From: Eledone cirrhosa
Lineage: Eukaryota
Assembly: GCA_964016885.1 (NCBI GenBank)
Contig: OZ024746.1
Coordinates: forward strand, 70,742,001 to 70,806,000
Direction of reading: 5' to 3'
Length of the DNA: 64,000 bases
Shown: positions 13,178 to 24,705 of the stretch, piece after piece
How positions within the stretch are numbered: the stretch's first letter is position 1
Layout of the letters: each line of letters begins with the position of its first letter
Notes under the pieces: model-generated
What the model was told of the DNA's origin: nothing
What the model saw: only the letters and a program-made list of their open reading frames with translations
The model's database searches: none
Program-made: the position numbers and the translations under genes

Positions 13178-14350
13178 AGGATGATGAGAATAGAGCCAGT
13201 GATGAATGTTGTTAAAAGAAGTAGAATGAGATGGTTGGGTCATGTGTTGAGGAAGGATCAGAGCAACTAGGTGAGAGGAATAGAGCCAGTGATGAATGTT
13301 GTGAAGAAATGGAATGAGATGTGCTTGATCATGAGTTGAGAAAGGACGAGAGTGACTGGGTGAGAAGAATAGAAACAGGGATGACTGTAGTGAAAGGACG
13401 AGAGTGACTGGGTGAGAAGAATAGAAACAGGGATGACTGTAGTGAAAGGACGAGAGTGACTGGGTGAGAAGAATAGAAACAGGGATGACTGTAGTGAAAG
13501 GACGAGAGCGACTGGGTGAGAAGAATAGAACCAGGGATGACTGTAGTGAAAGGACGAGAGTGACTGGGTGAGAAGAATAGAACCAGGGATGACTGTAGTG
13601 AAAGGACGAGAGTGACTGGGTGAGAAGAATAGAACCAGGGATGACTGTAGTGAAAGGACGAGAGTGACTGGGTGAGAAGAATAGAACCAGGGATGACTGT
13701 AGTGAAAGGACGAGAGCGACTGGGTGAGAAGAATAGAAACAGGGATGACTGTAGTGAAAGGACGAGAGTGACTGGGTGAGAAGAATAGAAACAGGGATGA
13801 CTGTAGTGAAAGGACGAGAGTGACTGGGTGAGAAGAATAGAAACAGGGATGACTGTAGTGAAAGGACGAGAGCGACTGGGTGAGAAGAATAGAACCAGGG
13901 ATGACTGTAGTGAAAGGACGAGAGTGACTGGGTGAGAAGAATAGAACCAGGGATGACTGTAGTGAAAGGACGAGAGCGACTGGGTGAGAAGAATAGAAAC
14001 AGGGATGACTGTAGTGAAAGGACGAGAGTGACTGGGTGAGAAGAATAGAAACAGGGATGACTGTAGTGAAAGGACGAGAGTGACTGGGTGAGAAGAATAG
14101 AAACAGGGATGACTGTAGTGAAAGGACGAGAGTGACTGGGTGAGAAGAATAGAAACAGGGATGACTGTAGTGAAAGGACGAGAGTGACTGGGTGAGAAGA
14201 ATAGAAACAGGGATGACTGTAGTGAAGAGAAATGGAATGAGATGAGTTTGATCATGAGTTGAGGAAAAACAAAAGTGACTGGTTAAGGGGAGTGATGGAA
14301 ATGAATGAGGAACGGGAAGACCAAGAAAGACATGGCTAAAGATGATAGAA
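13178..14350 (+). mobile_element. Decayed RTE-like LINE 3' fragment hosting the minisatellite
   Basis: Flanks translate to VVKRSRMRWLGHVLRKD and GRPRKTWLKMI, typical of the RTE C-terminus. Confidence 0.7.
13341..14224 (+). repeat. 52-bp minisatellite, 17 near-identical copies
   Basis: Unit aaaggacgagagtgactgggtgagaagaatagaaacagggatgactgtagtg starts every 52 bp from 13341 to 14173; only two variable positions (agtg/agcg, aaac/aacc). Confidence 0.97.
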
Positions 14351-14456
14351 TGTTGAAAATGGCATAAGAATCTGAACTCTCAGCTACCAATCCTTATGAT
14401 TCAACAAGCTGAAATTTCAGGGGAAAATATAACTTAATTTTAAAGATTATAGTTAC

Positions 14457-14573
14457 CTGCTGCTCCAAAACTATAGGCTTCAATCATTTCAGGTATTTTA
14501 AAAGGAGGTGGAGTATATTTTTTAAATAACGTATTCCATTCCTCACTGTTTTCACCAAACCAGTATAAGGTTT
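14457..14573 (-). CDS. JMJD8: JMJD8 coding exon 6
   Basis: Acceptor ctcacAG, donor GTAACT; 117 bp; TLYWFGENSEEWNTLFKKYTPPPFKIPEMIEAYSFGAA (inside ORF 14440..14814). Confidence 0.95.
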
Positions 14574-14779
14574 CTGTGAGAATATATGAAAGAGAGAGAA
14601 AAAAAAAAAGACTTCTGTATATGTTTTGGGGGTTATTTTGGCTCTTTATGATAAAATTAAAAGAAACAACATTAAGATCAGTGTGAATTAAGAATTTATA
14701 ACTTAGGTACAAGACAAGCAACTTTTTTTTTTTAGTGAAGAGGAGGAAGTAAATTATATTGATTTCACATCTTGTCAGG

Positions 14780-15012
14780 TACCTTATTTTATTGATCCTG
14801 TGGTGTTTAGTCATGGCTTTTCACTTTCTCATTTCAAATCCTGTTCAGATCAACTTGCCCTTCACTTTCTCATTTCAAATCTTATCCTTTACAGGATTTG
14901 CCCTTCAGGGCAAAGTTGACCTGAACAGGATTTGAAATGAGAAAGTGAAAAGCCATAACTAAATACCACATGGCATTTTATTTTATGCATTAACAATTCT
15001 GCCAACCCATCA
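14780..15012 (-). mobile_element. tRNA-SINE copy with internal fold-back duplication
   Basis: SINE body gtaccttattttattgatcc...agggcaaagttgacc...ggatttgaa...ttctgccaaccc; arms 14799-14861 and 14907-14970 are reverse complements. Confidence 0.75.
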
Positions 15013-15039
15013 TCTTTCAGTGTGAATTAATACATACAG

Positions 15040-15205
15040 CCCACACTGTAAAGTGGACGTGTAGGCGCCACGGAAAAAAAGCTTGTAAATGAGGTTGGTG
15101 TTAGGAAGGGCATCCAGCTGTAAAAATCAAGCCAGAATCAGTTCCCATCCCACCTTTGCAAGCAGGGAAAACGGATGTATGATGATGATGATGATGATGA
15201 TGATG
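15040..15205 (+). mobile_element. Non-autonomous bipartite RTE derivative (RTE 5'UTR module plus RTE 3' end)
   Basis: ggtgttaggaagggcatcc matches the RTE 5' region near 18445-18465; ccacctttgcaagcagggaaaacggatgta(tga)n matches the RTE 3' end. Confidence 0.8.
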
Positions 15206-15294
15206 AAGCAGCTTGAAGTTTGAATAGATATGATAGCTACCATACAAATATATTGATTTCCTTGCTACTTACATGGCCCTTTTATTTATTATAT

Positions 15295-18200
15295 ATCATC
15301 ATCATCATCATCATTTTACGTCCGCTTTTCCCTGCTTGCAAGGGTGGGACGGGTCTTATTCAGCACAGCATCTCTCCACTCGTCACGGTCCCTCGTCATC
15401 TCCACCGTGAGCTTCAATGATCTGAGGTCTGTTCTCACCACCTCCGCCCATGTTTTTCGTGGTCTACCTCTACTACGTCTTCCTTCAACTGGCATTTCCT
15501 GGCACTTCTTCACCCATCGGTCATCCTCCATGCGCATCACATGTCCATACCACCTCAGTCTCCTCTCCCGTACACTACATTCTATCCCTCTCAGACACAG
15601 TTTCTCTCTCAACACATTTATGCTGGGTCGTTCACGCACATTTACACTGCACATCCAACGGAGCATGCTTGCCTCATTTCTCTCCAGCCGTCGCATATCT
15701 TCTGCGGTAGCTGCCCATGTCTCACTACCATGCAGCATCGCGCTCCTCACACAGGCATCATACAACCGGCCTTTCGTACGCAGGGAGAAACCCTTCTTCG
15801 TCAACAGAGGAAGCAGCTCCCTAAACTTCTTCCAACCCGTCCTTATTCTAGATACTATGGCCTCGGAACACCCTCCTCCCATGCTAATCTGATCTCCTAG
15901 GTACCGGAAGCTATCCACCACTTCTATAGCGCCCTCTCGCATTTGAAAAATGTGTCTATCAGTGCGACTTCTACTGTCTAATTTCCCTGTACATCTACTG
16001 CATACATATTTCTCCCTACCTGTTAGTTTGCCTGCTATCCCGCTACATCTCTTGTGTACCCAGGATCTGCATTGTGTGCATTTTATAGAATTTATGCCAG
16101 TTCCTTTTCTGCATATCGAACATGGCCATTTCCCTGACGGAATCAGGGTTTTGTCCTCTTTTCTACTCATCAACACTTTTGTCTTAGCTAGATTTACTCT
16201 CAGTCCTCTTGCTTCCAACTGCTGTTTCCATAGCCGGAATTTATTCTCTAGCTCCTCTACTGATTCTGCCATAAGAGCCAGATCGTCAGCATAGAGAAGT
16301 TCCCATGGACAGCCAGTCTTAAACTCCTCTGTTATGGCTTGGAGGACTATAATGAACAAGAGCGGGCTGAGGACCGAACCCTGATGTACTCCTACTTGTA
16401 TCTGGAATTCCTCACTAAACTCCATTCCTACCCTGACTTTACTGAGAGTACCTCTGTACAAAGTTTGCACTGTCCTTACAAGCCATTCCTCAACACCCAG
16501 CTTCCTTAGGGACCACCAAATGACAGATCGGGGTACCCTATCAAAGGCCTTCTCTAGGTCAACAAAGGCCAAGTATAGTGGCTTATTCTTCTCTAAGAAC
16601 CTCTCTTGCATTTGTCTCACCAAGAAGAGGGCATCTGTTGTACTCTTCCCAGGCACAAAACCAAACTGCATCTCATCTAGTTTGACCCTTTCTCTAATTA
16701 GTTGTGCTAAAATCCTTTCTGCCACTTTCATAACCTGATCTATCAGTTTTATACCCCTATAATTGCTCCTCTCCAAAGCATCCCCTTTACCTTTGTAGCA
16801 ATTTATGAGAATACTGCTGCACCAGTCTTTGGGTATGACACCACCATATATAGCCTGATTGATTATGCGTGCAACCAGTTTAGTGCCTACGTCCCCTGAT
16901 GCCTTCAGCATCTCAGCAACTATTCCCGATGGTCCGGCCGCCTTACCATTTTTCATTTCCCTAATCGCCTCTTGGACCCTATATTCGTCAATCTCAATAG
17001 CTGGTCCCTCTGTCGGATCTACCAAGGGTAATTTCTCTCTCTCCCATTCGTTCTCCACATTCATCAGTCTCTCATAATGGCATTTCCAGGCCTCCTTTTT
17101 CTGGTCATTCGTGACACTAAGTACACCGGCATCATCCCGGACACATTTATCACCAACAACATCCTGATTTGCATTGACACACTGCCTTGCAATGTGGAAC
17201 ACCGCACGCCTCTGATCTTCCCGTCACAGAACATTGGCAAACCTCCTACTCTCTGCCTCCCTGCGTGCTAAGTACACCTGACGTCTAGCTTCTCTCTTAG
17301 TGGCTGTATATTCTTCCCTACTCCCACCCTTATTCCAAGCCTTCCATGCTAGTCTTTTGTCTCTAATAGCCTTATCTACACTGCTGTTCCACCACCAGGT
17401 CACTCTCTGTCTGGTTGGGGCTCTGCTCCAGCCACAAGTTTCATCAGTAGCCTTCAGCAAGTTGTCACGTAAGAACTTCCAGTTATTATCTATGTCATAC
17501 GTCTCTAAATCGTCTTCTTTTTCGTCATATACATCTTGAAGGGCTTTCCTAAATTTGAATTTTAGTGAAAGGTCTTTTAGCTTCCAGACCTTTCTTCTCC
17601 ACACCTTCCTATATGGCTCATTCCATCTCTTGCTTACTGAGATATCACTAACAACTAACCTATGCTGTGGGGTACATTCTTCCCCAGGGTATGCCTTGGT
17701 ATTAGACACTATCTGCCTGTCCCGCTGCCTAACTAGCAGGAAGTCAATCTGGCTTATGTGCTCACCAGATTTGTAGGTTATTAGGTGATTGGCAGGTTTC
17801 TGGAAGTTTGTGTTGCAAATAGTCAATGTACTTGCATCACAAAATTCAAGAAGTCTCACTCCTTCTTCATTTCTTGAGCCGTAACCATGCCCACCATGTA
17901 CCCCAGTGTAACCATCCTGGAGCTGTCCAACATGACCATTGAAGTCTCCTGCTAGCATAACGATGTCTCCGTCCTCTGTCATTGTGGTTGTTTGCAAAAG
18001 TTGCTCATAAAAGCAGTCTTTCTCATCTTTGCCTAGGCCTGCTTGGGGAGCATAGACCGAGATGATTGTCAGTAGTCTCCTACCTACAACTAATCTAAGC
18101 TTAATTATTCGATTACTAACTCGAACTACCTCTATTGTCTTATTGATCCATTTCTCAGCCAGGAAAATGCCTACTCCCCCTAACCCATCATCCTTACCTA

Positions 18201-18574
18201 CCCAGAATAGCTTATAGCTAAGACGCTTGCCTACGACTAGTCTCGCAGAGGCACCTCTCCATCTCACCTCTTGCACGCAGCACACATCCACCTGCCTTCT
18301 CTCCAGCATCTCCGCTATTTCAGCAGATCTACCTCTGAGAGTGCCAACATTAAGTGTTGCAACTCTGAGATGCGACGTCTTCATATTTTTTCTATGCTGT
18401 TTTGTTGCTGTGCTGATAAGCTTTTTGGCATTGATACACTGGTTGGATGCCCTTCCTAACACCAGCGCCACTTTACAGCATGGACTGGGTGCTTTTATTT
18501 GTGCCACCAGCACTAGAGAGGATGTCTTACTAGACTCAAGGGCCCTCTCTACCCCTCCATTTTACAGCATGGTC

Positions 18575-18578
<4 letters not shown>
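15295..18578 (-). mobile_element. Near full-length RTE-clade LINE (APE endonuclease, RT with PHD finger), (TGA)n tail
   Basis: APE motifs TLNVGT, CVQE, YAPQ, GDFN, QIDF; RT motifs NYRGI, DLEKAFD, QGSVLSP, YADD, FRYLG; one reading frame from ATG 18384 to 15316 broken only by TGA at 17224-17226. Confidence 0.97.
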
Positions 18579-18609
<31 letters not shown>

Positions 18610-19470
18610 TATTGACACGACTCACACACTAATACTCATGCATACAAACCACAACCACACATACCAACACTCATTCATGCATACAATCACACACACAACT
18701 CACAAACACATATATATATATACATATATTACCGACAGTTCTGATACAAAATCAAAATCAAAGTCAAAATCGTCAAAATCACTATCATGTCAACTGTTGA
18801 CCTTTCCCAGTCCAGTTCGGCTTGTATATAATAACAATAACAATAATAATTGTTTGTTTACGCTGGTAATGGCGGTGGTGGATGGTGTCAGTGTGGTGGT
18901 GGTGGATGGTATCAGCGTGGTGGTGGTGGATGGTCAGTGATGGTGGTGACAGTTGTTGGTGCTGTAGTTGTTACTGTTGTTGTTGTCCTTCATTTCACTG
19001 CTGCTGTTGCTGCAGACAATGGTGTTGATGCTGTTATTGCTGTCGCATATATACAAATACATATACACACATTCAACACAGACGATGGTGTTGTTGCTGT
19101 TGTTGTTGTTGTTGGTGTTGCTGCTGTTGTTGTTGTAGTTGTTGCTGTGTTGAAATCTGGTCGCATCCACAGAGATATACACATATACACACACATACAC
19201 ATATGTATATACACATACATACATCAAAAGATAGTCAGCAGTATGTCAACAGGGGACAGGACAGCGACCTTAGAGTAATGTGGTGATGGTGGGGAGCGAG
19301 TGTAGGCGTTATTGTTATTGTGGTGACGGGGGGGGGGGGGGGGGTCAGTGAGATGTTACAAGTTCATAGATCACTTCTCTCTTTTCCTCTCTCTTCAAAA
19401 TTTTGAATTTATGGCCTTTTGCAATGGCGGCCAAGTATATATAATATATAGTATATATATATATATATAT
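18579..19470. repeat. Low-complexity composite block (polyA, CA-rich, (GGT)n, (GTT)n, G run)
   Basis: Directly visible simple-repeat mosaic; may be a microsatellite-bearing non-autonomous element. Confidence 0.6.
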
Positions 19471-20764
19471 ATTTTTGTAAAAAATGATGAATGGAAAAAG
19501 CAACAATTTGGGGATTTTAAATAAAAAAATGAGGTTATTAGAAACTATGATACTATTTAGCAACAAGCTACTATTTAGAAATATTGTAAATTTTAACATA
19601 ATAAATACAATTCCACAAATATATAAATAAGCACATAGAAGTATATTCTACAAAGATTTATACAATTATATCTGCAAAATTAAAATCAACGCACCGAGTC
19701 CATGCTGTAAAAAAAATGTAACTATCTTTAGTATAAATTCAGTAGATTAACTCTAACTTCTTTTAATTTAAATTCTAATATATTTTTTGTATGGATCAGG
19801 TATCCTGGAACCACTTCACATTACTTATGATGCTAATGCTCTTAGGAAAGGCAAGATTACAACAAATATCCATTGCCTTATGGGTAATTTCATGTCAAAG
19901 CAAGCAAAGTTTTCTGATCCAACACCCACCCCCCTCAAAAATCAATGAAATTTGGCTCAATATTATGGATTGCTATGACAACACTCCTATCCAAATATCA
20001 GGTCTGAAATGATTAGTGGTTCTTAAGACTCTGATTTGAAAAAGAATACCCAATTTGACACACCAAGTGGTCATTTTGACTTTTCTTGCATTTATAAATT
20101 TCAAGGTAGTTTTGCTTCTACTTGTCCAATCACCACGGGAATTGATATATAAACTCAGCAGTCACAAATTATTCAAGAAAAGGTCTCAAACTTAGGTCAG
20201 CAGAAAGAAAGCTAAATTTTGTGATATTCATGTTTCCTGTGTTTATGGGATAGCTGAGTGAAAGACAAACATGAAAACCTGATGTGCTAGGAAAAAATGG
20301 ATGCCATATTTGAAATGGAATCACCCATATCTATTCCAGCATTATTCTCTCTCACAAAAAACAATAATTACATACAATAAATCTGAATTTGTTCACTTCT
20401 TGTAAAGAGGAAAGTAGGTAATTTATTTTTTTTATAATCTGGTTTAGAATAGATTACAATATCCTTGCATGTCATAAGAGGCAACTAAAAGGGTTTGGGC
20501 ATCAACATTGTTTCAAAAAGGGCCTGATGATCATTATGAATTTTGTCATGGGATCTGCATGTCTAACCTTTGGTTCTGTAGAGAAAATAGTTTTAAAACA
20601 CGTTTTGTTGTTGTTGGTATACAAAAGGGCTGAACCTCCAACAAAAAAAAAAAGTGAGATGAAGATTTATATATATTTCAAGACATAGGAAATCTAATAT
20701 TTGAAATAATAATTTCATAACTAATTATAAACCGAAACAACATATTTACAAATATTTTACTTAC

Positions 20765-20833
20765 CATTTCCAAGAGTATTTAAATCCTGAGGTTGCATGT
20801 ACTCTGTAAGATACTTTCGTAATGGCATATCAA
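20765..20833 (-). CDS. JMJD8: JMJD8 coding exon 5
   Basis: Acceptor ttttatAG, donor GTAAGT; 69 bp, phase 1/1; (V)DMPLRKYLTEYMQPQDLNTLGN(E). Confidence 0.93.
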
Positions 20834-21329
20834 CTATAAAAGATTAAAAAAAAATTTTTTAAAATATTTTAATAGTGGTGGAATCTAAATAGTTTCATTG
20901 TAAGAAGAAAATCTCCGTCAAACGAGTTAAAAAGTAAAGTGATCCATTTAGAAAATGAGCAATTTCTCATGACTGCATTTCAAATGAAATACACTCTATT
21001 AAAAAAAAAGTTAGATATTCATAGTAGTTGTTAGTTAAATGAACTTCAACTCTATACCCCAGTAATTCTGAGATTAAGTACATTATATTTACCTAATATA
21101 AATAAAATATAAAACGGTATAGTAGACTTAAGCTATTGCCCAGTTTAATACAACCACTTCCTGACTCTTGCCACTGGCCTGAAGACAATATATCTTGATG
21201 CAGTAGTCCATGAAATGTTGTACCTTTTTCTCTTACAACACACCAATCTTAGAACCTCTGCAGAAAAGACATGAACACTGCCCTTCCTCATCTGACTAAG
21301 CCATAAAAATGTCTATCTCAATTTTCTTT

Positions 21330-21730
21330 TTATATTGACATAATTTTTTTTTGTCAGTGAATGCAGTCACCTACAACAAGGTTCATTCCTATAAAGAATG
21401 TATCACTCTTCTCTAAACTTCTGTACACTGGCACCATCCACATATAACCTGCACCACTTGCATGAATAGTGACCTCAAAAATATTCATCAGGGTGGGGGT
21501 GTAGGGTTCTGTCAATTTTGTTTCCTTCAACAGCACAAAAATACAATCATCGCACACATCAAGGAAGAAGCCTGCATCTAAAATAAATTCATCTATCTAA
21601 TTAGGAAGCATTCACTCACCAACACACTCCAGATTCTCTGTCTCCTCACCTTGCCTTTTACACTACTACTACAAGTCTCTGCTCCTCTAAACTAGCGTTT
21701 GCCTCCCCTTTCAAGCCCTACACAAACCAC
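21330..21730 (+). mobile_element. Old CR1/Jockey-like LINE 3' remnant
   Basis: Degenerate YK..IRP.LEY..HIW / IRLI....LT..LQ.L..R....L.FY.YY-like pattern; no intact ORF. Confidence 0.35.
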
Positions 21731-22512
21731 TATGCCCAATCCTTATTCTCCAGGACGACAATGCTTTGGAATCCCATCTGTTTTTTTCACAGGCATCGGC
21801 TCGCAGCTATTTTACAAGTGTTAGAAGGCTTGTGAAGGATATGCGTATAGTCTCTTCCTTCTAGCCAAAACCATAAAATATATATGTGCATGTATTATAT
21901 ATATATTTCATCATCATCCTCACTTCACAAATTTTTTTCTATGGTGGCAGGGATTAAACGAGTTGTTACAGGCCAAGTTATTTAATTAGAGCTACTGTTT
22001 CCCTAGGCAGGCGGCACAAGGATGTAGAAAATTACTTTTGTATTTGAAACACTCAAACTGGTGCCACATATATTTCAAAGTTAAATATAATATAATCAAA
22101 TACTATACTAAATATCATCATCATCATCATTGTTTTTATGTCAACTTTTCCATGCATGCTGGATTAGACGGGATTTTTTGAGGCAATATTTTTCTCCTAG
22201 ATGCCGTTCCTGATACTAGTCCATTTAGTTGCTTCCTATAACATGCAGGATATCATGTACCTATTCTAAATGAAACACACACACAAGAGAACTTCTATAT
22301 GGATGTTCAATGTGCTAAAAATAGTAGATAAATTCCTATGAATCATATAACACCATCAGATTGAATACATTAGATAATATAGTCCCAGGTACATAATACC
22401 GGGAAAAAAAAGACAGAATGCTCTCAGTTGGAATGCCTTTAATCATAGGTCTACTTAATCAGGATTGACCTAGGGTTAAACAACAACATACATGTATATA
22501 CTTAACACCAAC

Positions 22513-22609
22513 CTTTCTTATAAGAATAAGTATTTGCTGTAGACAGACGAACAATTTTGTCACCATACATTTGCAAGAGATTATCTTTGGAACAGGCTTT
22601 TCTGAATGG
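22513..22609 (-). CDS. JMJD8: JMJD8 coding exon 4
   Basis: Polypyrimidine acceptor ...tttctcaAG, donor GTTGGT; 97 bp; PFRKACSKDNLLQMYGDKIVRLSTANTYSYKK contains the JMJD8 hallmark VRLSTANTYSY. Confidence 0.95.
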
Positions 22610-23010
22610 CTTGAGAAAGAGAAGAGAAAATAATATTCAGTCAAAAAGATTTTAACAAGAATATGAATATAAGAGGAGTTGGATGTTGTGGGAAAGTAAC
22701 AACAACAATTTCTGATTTAGGCTGAAGGCCAACGATTAGGGGGTGGAGAAAGTCAAGTACATCTACTCCAGTGTGTTACTGGTGCTTTATTTTATCGACT
22801 CTATAAGGATGAGAGGCAAAGCTAACCTCAGTCGGATTTGAACTCAAAACGTAAAGGGCCGTACCTATAGGCCACAAAGCATTTTCTTTGACACTCTAAA
22901 CAGACAGCAGAGAGAAAGGGAAAGAAAACAGAAGAATAAAATCTAAAAGCAACAATAGAACCTCAAGTCTAAATTTCAAAAACAGGAAGGTGACCCCCAC
23001 ACACGTGTGC

Positions 23011-23042
<32 letters not shown>

Positions 23043-24507
23043 CAGGACAACTAACTAGAACATAAAAGAAACATGTTATATATCAAACTTGACATAAAAA
23101 AAAACATTAATCACTTCAGGGCTTAAAGGGAAATTTAGTTAAGCAAACAAAATAAAAGAAAAAACAAAAAAGAGAATGAAAACTCCTGATCAGGGCCCAT
23201 GCTACCATTCAGGGCAACTAGGCAGTCAGATAGGGCACAGACCTCAAAAAAGCACATTACTGAACCTTATAGGAGTGGTGCTATCATTCAGGCCAACTAG
23301 GCAGTCACATAGGGTTCAGACCTCAAAGGCACATTACTGTACCTAAACGATCACAATTTTATATAAATTTGTATACTTAAATATATAGTAATTCTCTGTA
23401 ATTAATAAATAAATTGCTAAACATCTTTTCCACATACTAACATTGTGGAAATATATAGTGTTATGATCTGTCACATGATTTGGCATGGTTGAGTGCAGAC
23501 TATGAAGTGGAAAATGTACACTTCGTCATTTTCTAAGTGTGGTTAGAGCAGAGTTTCAGAAATTAAGTTCACCAGCTTACCTGGCTCAACATTACCTTCT
23601 ATCTCTTTGTGATTGTTGAAATGAGGTTCAAATCAATTACTGGGGAGGGGGTGCAATTTAATTGACTCTCAACCACTCCCCCTCACTGAATTGCTGGCTT
23701 TGAGCATAAATTATTATGATAGTATTAGTGATATACACAATAAACACACCCAGTACACTCTGTAAAGTGGTTGATGATAAGAAGGGAATCCAGACATAGA
23801 AAACTTGTCAAACAAAGAGTTGGGAGGACTCTTCAGTTGACCTCCTTAGTGATGGTGATTTTCACGATAAAGTAGTTTGTGATAGGAAGGGCATCCAGCT
23901 GTAAAAAATACCTGCCAAAACAAAAGACCAGGAGGTCTCTTCAACTGCGTCAAAGACATCACAACTTCTCTTGTTCAGGTGTCATCATAAAATACACTTG
24001 GTAGCATGCAGGGATTGTATGTAAGCGAATTGCAGGTAGCTGGCCTGTTGGAGCACTCAGCAGAGTGCAGGAACATATGTAAGTGAGATGTAGGCTCTAA
24101 GCCCATCTGTGGAGTCAGTACTTCCACTTGCAAACATTAAACAGTGATGATGATGATGACACTTTCTTCTTTGGTCAAGGCTTCATAGACTTCCAGCATG
24201 GTCTGAGTAAATGGGTTTCCTCTAAGTATATATATGTTTTTCCTCTTACTTCAGTGTTGTTTCCAATTCTTGCCAAGTGTCTTCCTGATACCCAGGGCAG
24301 GGAAACTCACTGCATATATTGATAAACCACAAAAAAACAAAAATAACAAAAAATACCAGATTGTTCATGTCATACACTTTACACAGTTAGAAGTATATCA
24401 ATTGTTTTATACATATGCACATTATCTGTTTAAAATCATATTTACAACAGAATGACAATCAATAATATTAGAATGCTCAATTATTATTGTTATTATTACT
24501 TAAGCAT

Positions 24508-24705
24508 AGGGCGGTGGATTGGCAGTATGGGTAGAGGGTCTGATGCCATGCTTTGCAGCATAGAGTTACGTCTCTTTATGGTCTGAGTTCAAATCCCTCC
24601 AAGGTTAACTTTGCCTTTCATCCGTATGGGGTCGATAAAATAAAGCACCAGTAATGCACTGGGATAATTGCTGGCCTTGTGCCAAAAGGAGAAACAGTTA
24701 TTATT
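24508..24705 (+). mobile_element. tRNA-derived SINE with (ATT)n tail (main family in this window)
   Basis: A-box-like tggcagtatgggtag, B-box gagttcaaatcc, core gcctttcatcc..ggggtcgataaaataaagcaccag, tail ggccttgtgccaaaa..gaaac. Further copies at ~4400-4540, 22715-22900(-), 24715-24880, 31655-31845, 34639-34830, 35865-36067(-), 54875-55030(-). Confidence 0.88.

Noticed and set aside
13341-14224. CRISPR-like array, or a real 308-aa repeat protein
   Set aside because: Units are contiguous with no unique spacers and no cas genes, in a eukaryotic intron; the ORF is a by-product of a stop-free 52-bp unit.
18850-19278. Gly/Val/Thr/Asn-rich ORFs
   Set aside because: Products of (GGT)n and (GTT)n simple repeats.
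21179-21220. CTGAAGA...GAAA hammerhead candidate
   Set aside because: No stem II pairing and no proper cleavage triplet context.
24508-24600. tRNA gene
   Set aside because: The A/B boxes belong to a multi-copy SINE head; no complete cloverleaf.
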